NCBI GenBank assembly: GCA_963806355.1
Contig: CAWDXN010000006.1
Span: 58,491-122,490 of the forward strand
Reading direction: 5' to 3'
Length of the DNA: 64,000 nt
Source of the DNA: Methanomassiliicoccaceae archaeon
Lineage (GTDB): Archaea > Thermoplasmatota > Thermoplasmata > Methanomassiliicoccales > UBA472
In this document: one piece after another, positions 12,501 through 23,610 of the stretch
Numbering within the stretch: position 1 is the first letter of the stretch
How the letters are laid out: the number at the start of each line of letters is the position of its first letter
Made by a program: the position numbers and the translations under genes
The notes under the pieces: model-generated
Told to the model about the DNA's origin: nothing
What the model saw: only the letters and a program-made list of their open reading frames with translations
Databases searched by the model: none

Positions 12501-14533
12501 ACGGGAACGGCCAACCAGACCGCGGTGCAGGATTGGACCGTCTCCGTGCTCCCGGCACCGACCCCGAAGATCGTCGGGGTCCCAGTGCTGGTGGCGGTGG
12601 AGGATGAGCCCTATTCCTGCGACTTCTCGAGCGACCAGGCCCTCGATCTCCTGGAACCTGGAGACGGATGCCGATTGGCTCAGCATCACCTCGGAAGGGA
12701 CCGTCTTCGGGACACCCTCCAATCTCAATTCCAACCGGGCGTATTACGTCCACGTCACTGGCGTGAACGCGAACGGCTCGAGCGACATCAATTACACCAT
12801 CGGGGTCATCAACGTGGCCCCTGCCTTCGTGACGGTCCCGCCATTGGGTGGGGAGGTCGGCTCCCCTTACAGCTACACGGCGAGCTTCGACGACCAGGAC
12901 AGCGGGTTCTTTGTCATCATGACCACGAATCTCAGCTGCCAATATCATTTCGATGCGTCCAATGGTACGGTGTGGTTCACCCCCACCCTGCCGGGGGATT
13001 TCTGGATAAGCATCCTCGCCGATGATGGCTCGGGTTCCTCCAATTCCTCGGCCACGCAGAACTGGACCGTGCATGTGCCAGTGCCTCCGGTGATCGACCT
13101 CACCCCGCCGAAGACGGTCCGCGATGTCAACGGAACGGCCATGGCAGGCTGGTACGCTACCTCGGTCACGGTGGCCCTCACCGCCTGGGACGATGTCACT
13201 GGCGTGAATCAGACCCTCTATCGTCTGGATGGGGGAGAGTGGACCGTCTACCTTGGACCGATAGCGATCGATACCGAAGGGGACCACCTCCTGGAATACC
13301 GCTCCGTCGACATGGCCGGGAACTATGAGGAGACGATCGCCTCTAGATGTGCCGATAGACCTGGGGGCGCCCACCACCAGGTGGAGAACGTTTCGGCGGA
13401 TCCGGGCGATAACGGATGGTACCGCAGCCAGGTCGATGTGGTGCTGAACGCCTCGGACAAATGGAGCGGCCTGGACAAGACCTATGTGCAGATGGACGAT
13501 GGTGAATGGGTCGAAAGCTCATCCGTGAACGAGGATCGCGACCGAGGGAGTGCAGAACTTGAACTACTACTCGATCGACCGGGCCGGAAACGTCGAGGAG
13601 GTGCGATCCCTGACCATCAAGGTCGACACCATAGACCCGATATCCTCATTGGTCCTGGCCGGGCCAAGCCCCTCAGTGGGGTACTACAACGGATCGGTCA
13701 ATGTGAACATCACCTCCTTGGACGAAGGAAGCAGGACCGCCACCATCTTCCTTAACGTGGACGGAGGGGGTTGGATACCATATTACGGCGGGTTCCAGCT
13801 CGCCACCGAAGGAGCGCACTCGATCGACCATTACAGTGTCGATGTGGCAGGGAATGTCGGGAACACCGGAAGCAGTTCGTTCGTGATCGACATGACCGCG
13901 CCGGTCACGAACGCCCAGATCAGCGGCGAGGAGGGCGACGATGGATGGTATGTCGGTGTGGTGACCGTGACCGTGAACGCCGAGGATGCGACCAGCGGGG
14001 TATGGTGGAGCAGCTACCGCCTGGACCAGGAACAATGGGCGGAGGTGGACGACGAGATAGCCGTGGCCTTGGAAGGGGAGCACTCATTCCAGTATCGTTC
14101 GCTCGACCGGTCCTCTAACCTGGAGCAGACGAGGGCGCTGAGCTTCAAGATCGACGCCTCCGCGCCGACCATCTCCCTCGATATCGAGGATGGTGCGGTC
14201 CTCACCTCATCATCGATGTCACTGAACTGGACCTCTTCCGATGCGACCAGCGGCGTGGACCACTACGCGGTCATCGTCGACGGCGGGACGCCTTTGCTCT
14301 GTGAGGAGGCTGGGTGCCAACTCGAAGGACTGGCGGTGGGAGAGCATACGGTCGAGGTGAAAGCTTACGATGTGGCGGGCAATGTTGCATCCGACAGTGT
14401 CACCATCACGGTCGATACCAGTCCGTTCAGTCCGTCCAGCTCGTCAGGGATGATGATCTGGATCGGGCTTGCGGTGGGTGCAGCGGCCATCGTGCTGATC
14501 GGGGCGGTGCTCTATCTTAGGAAGAAGAATTGA
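9508..14533 (+). CDS. Large membrane-anchored surface protein: possible carbohydrate esterase/hydrolase-like barrel, putative-Ig/cadherin-like repeats, OmpL47-type repeats, C-terminal TM (many frameshifts; start uncertain, ATG 9634 possible)
   Basis: Signal-like N-term; consecutive + strand pieces; repeats YRSVDMAGN, YYSIDRAGN, HYSVDVAGN, YRSLDRSSN, AYDVAGN; ends with TM + LRKKN. Confidence 0.75.
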
Positions 14534-14557
14534 TCGGCCAAGACCCGCCTGCTTGGC

Positions 14558-15752
14558 TCATAGCAATGCCGCGATCTCCGCCCCGGCCCTCTGGACTCCT
14601 TGGAACCCAGCTTTGGGAAGTTCGACCTTGGTCCCGATGTTCTCCAAGACGGCCTTCGTCAACAGTTCAGGCGTGACTTGGGGGAACTGCATCTTCTTGC
14701 CTGCCCCCAGCCTCTCGTTCCTACCTGCGACGATGATCTGCTGCTCGAAGTGACGCTGCAATGGGAAGTAAAGGAACGGCTTCTGCAAAGCCATGAACTC
14801 CAGGGTAGTGGTGGAGCCTCCGGAGCATATGCCTATGTCACACGCTGCCATCAGCCGGTAGAGGTCTGGCACGTATCCTTTGGCCAGGACACCTTCGGGC
14901 AATTTTGATTGGTCAGGGTCAAGGTTAGGCCCACCGACCAACACCATCGTCGCGTCAGGCAGCTCACCACGGATCGAAGGGAACGCCTTAATGCAGAGAT
15001 CGAGCAGGGGCTTTCCGACATTGGTCCCGCCTATGGTGACCAGAATTACTGGCCCATGGCCCAGTCCATATTCCTTTCGAAGGGCGCCTTTATCCTGGAG
15101 GGCTTTGGGGTCGAAAGTGACAGGATATCCGGTGAACTTCACGAAGTCCTGGCCGACAAGGTCCTGGGCGTTAGGCATCATAAAGCCCATTTTCTGGTCG
15201 GGGATGTCCTCCCTCTCGCACAATAAGCATGTACGCCCCACTGCCATCGAATTTGGTGATGCCCTTCAACCAGAGTTTGTTCGATATTCGTTTCACCATC
15301 TTGGCCTTCAGCCCCTTGGTCGGGCCCCAATAGGCAAAGTAATCGGACATAAAGGCGCTCTTGCAACATTGTAAGGAAGGGTTCTTGTTCAGGACCGTTG
15401 CAACCTCATAGGCCTCATCGTGAGCAACGACGTCATAGCCCCCTTGCTTAGCGATGCCCCATATCAACTTTCCGTTCTTATCGAACGAACTGACCATATC
15501 ATAGGCCGGTTCGCTCAGGTCCGCCACGTAATCCTTGGAGAGGCTTGGATGGAATCGGTCCCTTGGTCGAACGTCTCCGATTGGGGGAGCACGGTCTCCC
15601 CTTTCAATCTCAGCACCCTCCGGGCTGGGTCGCCTGCCATCCAATGGACCTCGGTTCCTGGGCGGAATCTTCTGATCTCACATAGCGATCGCCATGTCTC
15701 TTTCGATGTGGCCCAAACCGACCGAACCCGAGACGTATAGTACCTTGCCCAC
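14558..15752 (-). CDS. GT-B glycosyltransferase (MurG/GT28 C-terminal-like; frameshifted)
   Basis: Reconstructed start MGKVLYVSGSVGLGH; ILVTIGG; GGSTTTLE; PLQRHFEQ. Confidence 0.8.
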
Positions 15753-15908
15753 CACACCACACCTCCGTCAATCATTAGGCAGTGGTTTTATAATTCTTTT
15801 TAAAATGTCATTTTTATGAAGTTAATTATTACATTATCAAAAAATTGGATGGCCTCATTACTAACTAATTCGACCTTCCATCGCAATGTTATATGAATTT
15901 CGCAGACC

Positions 15909-17032
15909 ATGTTTTATGGGAACATGGTTAAAGATCCCACCTCGCACTACCCGAAAAGCCCAGATAACGAAAACATGGACCTGCTCTGGGAATGGTGGGT
16001 CACCTCCACCCAAGCGTTGGTCGACACGATAGGCTCAGAGGCGGCCATAAAAGCGTTGAGGCCATATTATTTGAACGCCAACACCGCCGCAATCCATATC
16101 TTAGGAGAATACGCCTCCCAATTTCGGGAGGACCCGTTCATAGTTGGAAGATTCTACCAATTCGGGAGCGAGGCCTGGTTGGGAGGCTCATGGGACATGT
16201 GGGCCACCTCTTCTGGATATGTGGCTGAGGTAAGAGGGTGTATGACTCGAGGTCAATGCCAGGAGCTTTGTCAACTGGTGTGCCATGAGACCATTGAAAA
16301 CGGTAAAAGGAACAACGATGATGTAAATCCTGAGACCATCATCGTCAAGGGTTTGTTCAAAGGCGATGACCATTGCCTCATCGCCCCAGCAAACTGTGAT
16401 TGGGAGGAGTCGATGAGGTCCTCCCAGCTCCTCCGACCACTACAGTTTCGGTCAGGAGGAGCTGATGGCGTTCAGGATGCAATATGTCGGTGAATCATGG
16501 GTCTTTACCACCAGGGCTTTCATGGACACGATTGGAACAAAGGCCGCCTTGGAAAAGCTCCGCATGTATATGCGCCATTCCGGCTTGACATATGGCATCA
16601 GGTTGGCGAAGGACTTCGAGAATGCCGACAAGGGATTAAAATTCCTAGGCGAGGTCATCGGTTCCATCAACGATCATCATCTGAGAAAGGGAGATAAGGA
16701 CTTCGTCTGATGACCAGATCGAACAAGTGGTGGTGGAATGTCCGTTCTCTCAAGCCCCGCCCGAGGTCTGCATCCAGTATGAGGCGTTCTTCAAAGGGGT
16801 GTGCGAGGCGATCGACCCCGAGGTCGAATTCGTCTACGACCGCATGATGAGCGATGGTGACCCCTCCTGTCACTGGACCTTGAAGAGAAAGAGGGCGCCT
16901 GCGAGCCAAGGAGCGTCGGTTGAGGTCTTGGACGAAGAGGACATGGTTAAGAAACTGAAATGGCGATTGACCAACGGCGAGATAGGGATCGATGAATACC
17001 GCACATTGCTCGATGTGCTGAAAGAGCGTTGA
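15909..17032 (+). CDS. Tandem V4R-like domain protein with C-terminal SHOCT (frameshifted, 3 pieces)
   Basis: Two repeats starting (L/F)xDTIGxxAAxxxLRxY and ending C..C..GDxxC; C-term LKWRLTNGEIGIDEY. Confidence 0.7.
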
Positions 17033-17077
17033 TCCGGGTCCGGGACCGCATGCTTCGGTTGGTCCCCCTTCCGAAAC

Positions 17078-17500
17078 CTAGTTCCTTATCATCGGAAGGA
17101 CCCTGCCGCAGACCGGGCAGGACCTCAAATTGATTGGAATGAACGAACCGCAACCAGGACACCGCCTTATGGCATTCCTCCTGCAGTTCTCGCAGCCAGC
17201 GCCGTCCGATGGCAGCCTGGAACCACACTGGGTGCAGAAGGTGTCCCTCTCCTCGGCCGCGGGTACTGGTCGGGCCGGTGGCGGCGCGGGGGTCGGCCGG
17301 ACCGGTTCGACCGGTGGGCTTTCCACTACGGCGACAGCGGCCTTGGCCTTCATCGCTGCCTTTATCTTGGCCAGCTCGTCCGTTGACTCGTCCACGGTCC
17401 CGGCGAACTCCTGGATCAAGGCCTGCACCTGCTTGATGCGCCGTTCCTCCTCAGGACTTACCTTCCTACCGCCGAACAGATCCATGGTCCCATTCCGCAT
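17078..17500 (-). CDS. Double zinc-ribbon protein with helical N-terminus and Pro-rich linker
   Basis: Four CxxC pairs: CTQC, CENC, CPGC, CPVC. Confidence 0.8.
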   Translation of the reverse strand: MRNGTMDLFGGRKVSPEEERRIKQVQALIQEFAGTVDESTDELAKIKAAMKAKAAVAVVESPPVEPVRPTPAPPPARPVPAAEERDTFCTQCGSRLPSDGAGCENCRRNAIRRCPGCGSFIPINLRSCPVCGRVLPMIRN

Positions 17501-17708
17501 GCCAACGCCCTAGCGTCATCGAACCCGAGACCCTTGGCGATGGTCACCATCAAATCATTCCATTCGATATTTAAGACCATCAGCGCGCCGGTGGGATGAG
17601 GTCCTTCACCAGCTCCCGACCGCCAGGAAAGACCAGTGTTGAGGCAGGGCCCTGCCCAAGCCCTCCATTCGACAATTTATTTATCCTCACCAGGCCCTGC
17701 TAGCCATC

Positions 17709-18753
17709 ATGCCGGTCGCTATTTTCGGGGACAGGTCCTGCGGGAAGACCATCTTCCTCAGCCTATTGTACGAGTCGCAGATCCGTTACACCAACTCCAA
17801 GGAGAACATCGGTGCTGGAGAGTTCCGCTTCACCACCGACCCCTCGTTCACGAGCATCTTCGGGAACATCCGCACCAACCTCACCAAGGGGCAATGGGCC
17901 GATGCCACGTTGAAAGGCAACCTGGGCAAGTACAAGTTCAAGTACGGCTACCGACGGATGATATCGGTCGGTTCGGAGGCGTCGTCCCGCTTCGACATCA
18001 TGGACTTCACCGTATACGACATCGCCGGTGAGGACCTGGACATATTGCGCCAGCTGGAACAGTACCGCGAGTCCATTGCGACCGGCACCTACAAGGGCGA
18101 GTTCGACTTCGGTGCGCTCAGCACCTCGTTCCAGGAGCTGCTAAAATGCAACGTGCTGGTGTTCCTCATCGACCTCAGCAAGATCAACGCCGAGGCCAGG
18201 TCGGAACGCTTCATCGAGATGCGCAATTACGATGTGTTCATGGCCACGCTCATCTCGGCAGTGTCCAAGTACAAATCCATCGTGTACGAGAAGGACGAGA
18301 AGAAGGCCAAGATCTACCCCATCTTCGTGCTCACCAAATACGACCTGCTGGACAAGAACATCCTGAAGATGAACAACTGGCCTGAGACCTACCAAGAGCT
18401 GCCGTCGGAGAAGACCGGCATCCGCGGCATCTTCAAGAGCAAGGAGATGACCAAGGAGGAATTCGCGAAGGAGATCATGATCAAGTATTACGGGGACACC
18501 ATGGCCCTGTCCAAGGGCGGTGCCATCGCCAACGTCCCCTTCGACAAGGCCGGCTTCTTCTTCAGCGAGATCAACACCGAGCAGAACGAGGATGGCGAGA
18601 TCATCCCCAAGGCTGATCAAGGTGAAGGGCAGCGTGGTGCTGGACTACTCGGACAACGAGTACCGGGGCTTCATCGACCGCTTCCGCAAGATCGCCAACG
18701 AGATGCCAGACGAGGTGAAGGAGGACCAGGAGTTCAGGGGAGTCCGCGGATGA
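17709..18753 (+). CDS. TRAFAC-clade GTPase (double-GTPase/GAP1-system-like); frameshift near 18610
   Basis: G1 GDRSCGKT, G2-like ADAT, G3 DIAGE, G4 TKYD; likely true C-term in alternate frame ...VLDYSDNEYRGFIDRF...VRG* at 18753. Confidence 0.8.
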
Positions 18754-19547
18754 ACACCACCTGGGTGGAGCACTTCATCTATGGGCCGGTGCCGAAGAAG
18801 GGATATGCCAAGCGGGCCCGTTCCGCCAACATCAACCCGGATGAGTACGAGCGCTTCCTTGGCTACTACATCCCCATCGACCCGGCCTATGTGCGCTCGG
18901 ACGACATGATGCACAGCGAGGCGAGGTTGATAGCTTCCACGCCGTCCAACGAGGCGGTCTACTTCTCGAAGATAATGCGGCGCAGCAAATTGGACGAGAA
19001 GGGGCGCTCTGGCATCCTGACGCACACCCTGCTGGTGCCCAAGAAGGCGCTGCAGGACGGCCTCTCCTACATGGACGTGGAGAGGGCGATCGCCCGGCAC
19101 GAGGCGGAGCACGGCATTCCGCTGGGCGACATGGAGCCGTTGGGCATCGAGTGGGAACCGACCTCGTTCGAGGACGAGATCCTGGGAATGCCCAACCTGA
19201 TATCGAAGGAGACGGTGAACCGCCTGGTCGATGGCTATGCCAAGGACCCGAAGATGAAGTTCGTGGTCACTTGCCGGGGGACGGAGCAGCGCGACCGTAT
19301 CCGTTTGGGCTACATGCTGTCGAAGTTCCTGGACATACACCTCGGACTGGTGCCGGTGCTCACCTTGAGCGAGCCGCCGTTGATGCTGGCGGATTCGCAG
19401 TGCAACCTGGTGCTCACCAAATTGCCGCTCTCCGTGCCGCAAAGAGGCTGGCGCGCCGTGAGCTCTTTGGTGGACTCGTCCCCGGCCTCGGCCGCGACCA
19501 GTTCCCAGAAGGCCAAGGACATCATCGAGCGGTTGTACTCAGTTTGA
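18750..19547 (+). CDS. GTPase-associated protein, GAP1-N/uDENN-like N-terminal domain
   Basis: ATGA overlap with the GTPase stop, GGGGAG RBS; HFIYG...GY...S...DEKGRSGILTHTLLV motif. Confidence 0.6.
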   Translation: MNTTWVEHFIYGPVPKKGYAKRARSANINPDEYERFLGYYIPIDPAYVRSDDMMHSEARLIASTPSNEAVYFSKIMRRSKLDEKGRSGILTHTLLVPKKALQDGLSYMDVERAIARHEAEHGIPLGDMEPLGIEWEPTSFEDEILGMPNLISKETVNRLVDGYAKDPKMKFVVTCRGTEQRDRIRLGYMLSKFLDIHLGLVPVLTLSEPPLMLADSQCNLVLTKLPLSVPQRGWRAVSSLVDSSPASAATSSQKAKDIIERLYSV

Positions 19548-20864
19548 GGGCAGGATGCGGAAGGTGGTCGATACCGCCTTGCCCTTGTCGTCCTTGCTGA
19601 TGACCTTCTCGATGCTGAGCGTGAACGCCTTTCCGGCCATCTCCCCTTCGACCTTCCAGGCCTTACGCGAGCGCTCCTCCCGCCTGACCTCGCCCGAGGC
19701 CACCTGCATGGCCCCGATCAGGTTCTCGATGTTGGAGCTTCCCACGTTGCCGTCCATGGGGATCTCCAGGGAGCGGGTGGGCGAGGAGGCCAGTCGATAG
19801 AGCATCTTGGTGCAGCGACGGGTGTAGTCCTCTCCGATGAAGCCCGCCTCCTGGAACCATGCCTCCCAATCGACCGAGCGGTCATAGCTCATGGCCAGGA
19901 GCGCCTTGTATAGGTTGGCATAGCCGTCCGCCTTTACGTACTCGGGGTTGTTCTGAACGATGCCGTCGAGGTCCACCGCGGTGCGGCCCTTGGCATAGGT
20001 GGTGATGCAATGGACCCAATCGTCCACCCTTCCTTTTTCGACCAATCCCATCGGGTCGAAGATCGAAGGTGCCTGTGATGGCATTGGCACAGTTGTAGGT
20101 GCGAACGTCCTTTCAGTGAGTTGGTCGGTGCGGCCTGCGGCATCGCCACCACCTGGGCGATGACCGGTGGGACCACACGGAGGGAGAAGGCCTTCTTGAC
20201 CGGCACCAGGCGATTGGATGACCGCGTCACCGCCTCGATGTGAACGGCGATGTCCCCCTCCACCTTCGGTATGACATTGATATCGAACATACGGTCATTT
20301 TCCGGGGGCATCTCCCCTTTGAAGAAATGGAGGACGCTTATGCCAGCCTGGGCAGACGAGCAGACCAAAGACATGAGCTCTATCGGGAATACGCTGTGGT
20401 TGTGCAGCACCACGGACAGAGAGGTGCCCCTCCCCAGATGCACCTCCGGTTTGGGGACCTCCAGGATGATGCCGATCTCGATGTTGTCGGCGATGTCCTT
20501 GTCCGCCAACTTCTCCAGGTCCTCGACGATCATCTCGCATTGCAGGAAATCCCCCTCCGTCAGGGACGCCTTCAGTTCCTGCTCTAGGTCCCGCTCTGGG
20601 TCGCCATAAAGATAGGAGGGCATGATGGACCACTTCTTCTTCAACGGCCCCATGCGCTTCAGGATGATGCTCTCGCGCCTCAAAGCCCTCTCGAGCCCGG
20701 CGCATGGTCTTGACCGCTTTCCCGACATTGTAGTCCAACTGGTCGGCGGCCTCGAGCATCAATGTCCGCCCGTAACGGTACTCTCCAGGGACCGACTCCT
20801 TGATCCTATGGATCTTCGCCATCTCCTCCAAAATCTGGTCCAGGAGCTCGTCGACGTCGGCCAT
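19539..20864 (-). CDS. Hypothetical multidomain protein (helical N-term, Ig-like beta-sandwich, Pro-rich linker, alpha/beta C-term; 2 frameshifts)
   Basis: GGTGAGG RBS; pieces 20864-20690, 20690-20100 and 20090-19539 join into one frame; stop overlaps the convergent gene. Confidence 0.65.
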
Positions 20865-21035
20865 GTTCCCTCACCATGCCCCACCCGATGGTCGGGCTTC
20901 AGATAGCGCCTCAATAGCTTACTGGAGGATTATATCCTTTGGTCATAGATCGACTCAGGGCCGATGATGTGATTTGGGACCAATCCAATGAGCCCGGACG
21001 TCAGCGGAGGGTCGGATTGGTCGTTGGTACGCCCA

Positions 21036-21728
21036 TCATTTCTTGACGTCCATGTCTATCCGCCCGTCCTTAACGCCCACGATGCGGTCGGTCTGCTCGG
21101 CGATGCGACGGTCATGGGTCACGATGACGAACGTCGTACCCAGGGCCTCGTTTATGTAGCGGAACCGCTGGTAGATGGTGGCGGTGGACTCGGAGTCCAG
21201 GTTGCCAGTGGGTTCGTCCGCCAGGACGATCTTGGGCTCGTTGATCAGCGCCCGGGCCACCGCGGTCCGCTGCTGCTGGCCGCCGGACATGTTGGTGGCC
21301 AGGTTGTCCTTGACGTTCAATATCCCCACCAGATCCATCAGCTCCTCCGCGCGCTTGACGTCACCCTGGTCCGGTTTCCCCTTCCTGATCGTCACTGGTA
21401 GGAGCACGTTCTCCAGGGCGGTGTACTCCGGGAGGAGGTAGTGGAACTGGAACACGAACCCGATGGTCTCGTTTCGCAGCTTGGCGAGCTGGTTCTTGGT
21501 CAGGCCGTCCGTGCGCTTTCCGTCTATGAGCACCTCACCCTTGCTCGGCAGGTCCAGGGTGCCCAGGATGTTGAGCAGGGTGGTCTTGCCGCTCCCGGAT
21601 GCCCCGATGATCGAATTGAACGACCCCCGCTCGAACCCCAGGCTGACGTCGAATAGGACCTGGGTGCGTATCGATCCCGTGCCATAGAACTTGTCCACCT
21701 TCCGGACCTCGATCACGTTCTCAGCCAT
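21036..21728 (-). CDS. ABC transporter ATP-binding protein (LolD/MacB type)
   Basis: GASGSGKT, IGFVFQFHYLLP, MSGGQQQR, LADEPTGNLD. Confidence 0.95.
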   Translation of the reverse strand: MAENVIEVRKVDKFYGTGSIRTQVLFDVSLGFERGSFNSIIGASGSGKTTLLNILGTLDLPSKGEVLIDGKRTDGLTKNQLAKLRNETIGFVFQFHYLLPEYTALENVLLPVTIRKGKPDQGDVKRAEELMDLVGILNVKDNLATNMSGGQQQRTAVARALINEPKIVLADEPTGNLDSESTATIYQRFRYINEALGTTFVIVTHDRRIAEQTDRIVGVKDGRIDMDVKK

Positions 21729-22881
21729 TGCGGATCACCTCGATGGGGCTGAGCTTGGAGGATTTGCGCGCCGGGATCGCCGAAGCCACCGCCGCTGCCA
21801 GTATGGCTATTCCCGCTGACAGTATGACGAAGGTGGGCTCTGCCGTTATCGAGAGCACGCTGGTTCCGTCAGGCTGGGCGGTGAAGGTGGTGAAGGCCCA
21901 GATCAGGGTCAACCCTAGCAGGGCGCCGAGCGTGGCTCCCAGCGCACCCAGCATCGTCCCTTCGTAGATGAAGATAAGGCTGGCGTCACGGTCGGTGATG
22001 CCCATGGCCTTCAGGATGCCGATCTGCCGGGAGCGTTGCAGCACTTTGATGGCCAGGATGCTGGCGATGGCGATGACCACCGAGGCCAGCACGAATGTCT
22101 GGATGATGATGCTGGAGAAACTTTGGCTCTCCAGGCCGCTCAGCAACTGGGCGTTCTCCGCCTTCCAGTCGGTGACATCGACCGGCCTGTCCGCGAACAG
22201 CTCCCTCACTTCCTGAGCCACGACATCCGCTTGGAACACATCGTCGACCTGCGTCTCGATGGCGGTTATGGCGTCCCCGAAACCGAAGATGCCTTGGGCA
22301 TAAGGAAGGGTGGTCAATATCCAGTTCTCGTTGATGACGCGCACGTTCAGGTCGAAGAGGCCGCTGACCACCATGGTCAGGTTCTGTCCGGCCGGGGTGG
22401 TCACCTGGATATCGTCGCCGACGCCGACCGTTAAGGTCTCGGAGAGCTCCTTGCCGATGAGGACCTCGCCAGGGATTGTGGGCCACGATCCCTCGTAGGT
22501 CGCCTCCTCCAAGTTATAGATGTCATTGGCCTTCTCGAACTGGAGTCCTCGGACCAGCACTGACAACGTCCGTGAACCGTCCCGCAGGAACGAGGGCGAG
22601 TCGGCGGACACGGATATGGCATTTATCTGCGAGATGCCCTCCAAAGAGGTCACCATCGGCTCCCAGTCCTCGATGACCGTGTTGTTCTCATCAGGGGTTA
22701 TCGTCACCTGGGAGCTGCTGCCGACCGCTGCGTCCACCAGGCTCCCCTGCAAACTTGTCACCAGGGACCCCACGAACACCTGCACCGAGACGCCTACGGC
22801 GATGCCGAGCACTATGAGGATGGTCTGCACCTTGTTGGAGCGGAGGAAGCGCAGCGCTATGCTGAAGGAGACCATGTTCAC
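21721..22881 (-). CDS. ABC transporter permease (FtsX/MacB/LolE type)
   Basis: 1+3 TM topology with a large extracellular domain; IGILKAMG; PARKSSKLSPIEVIR. Confidence 0.92.
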   Translation of the reverse strand: MNMVSFSIALRFLRSNKVQTILIVLGIAVGVSVQVFVGSLVTSLQGSLVDAAVGSSSQVTITPDENNTVIEDWEPMVTSLEGISQINAISVSADSPSFLRDGSRTLSVLVRGLQFEKANDIYNLEEATYEGSWPTIPGEVLIGKELSETLTVGVGDDIQVTTPAGQNLTMVVSGLFDLNVRVINENWILTTLPYAQGIFGFGDAITAIETQVDDVFQADVVAQEVRELFADRPVDVTDWKAENAQLLSGLESQSFSSIIIQTFVLASVVIAIASILAIKVLQRSRQIGILKAMGITDRDASLIFIYEGTMLGALGATLGALLGLTLIWAFTTFTAQPDGTSVLSITAEPTFVILSAGIAILAAAVASAIPARKSSKLSPIEVIRNG

Positions 22882-23524
22882 CCCTCCTCCAAACCAGCGA
22901 TGTCTGCGTACGTCCGCGCCAATCGGTCCGCACCGATCTCCCTCCAGGCGTTGGGGTTGCGCTCGAAGGCGCTGCCCCCGACGATGATGGTTAGGTGCTT
23001 GCCATTGACGCTTCGCCGGACCGAAGAGATGGTCCGCTCAGCTGCGAACAGGTTGTAATTGTTGGAAACGCTTATCGCCAGATATCTTGGGCTCATGATT
23101 TCCACAGCGGTGGCGACCTCGAAGTTGGGGGTGTTGGCGCCTATGAAGGTGACCTCGTGGCCACACAAGGTGAAGAGGTCCGCCACCATGCGGGCACCGA
23201 TCTCGTGGTACTCCTCCGGCGGGCAAGCTATGATGACCTTGCCCCTTTCACCTGCATGGCGTTCCCTCCTTTCCTTCATGACGAAGGGGTAGCAGCAGCC
23301 CAGGACGGTCGCGGCGATGGAGGTGCGAACGTGCTCCTTCCAAATGCACCACTTTGCCATCGATGGAGCATGTAATCTCGTTGATGGCCGGGCCGATTAT
23401 CTGCTCGTAGAGGGTGATTATGTCGACCTCGTCCCTCTGGAGCAAACCGATGACATAGTTCGACCGCCCCTTCCCGGTCCTCCCTGTCCAACAGTGACTT
23501 GAAATGAGAATAGTGTTCGTCCAT
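22878..23524 (-). CDS. Cobalamin (B12)-binding domain protein with cap domain (frameshifted)
   Basis: Start MDEHYSHF; EYHEIGARMV (D/ExHxxG), IGANTP, IIVGGSAF. Confidence 0.85.
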
Positions 23525-23610
23525 TCGTACCGACCTCCCCCAAAGCTTAGATGACCTGGCTGCAATTGGATCGAACCCTATAATAATCATTGGCCTGGGG
23601 CGCGATGACC

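Noticed and set aside
17709-19547. 612-aa GTPase fusion protein as given in the ORF track
   Set aside because: The linker is a junk-like frame; the alternate frame gives a sensible GTPase C-terminus ending in an ATGA overlap with an RBS-preceded second gene.
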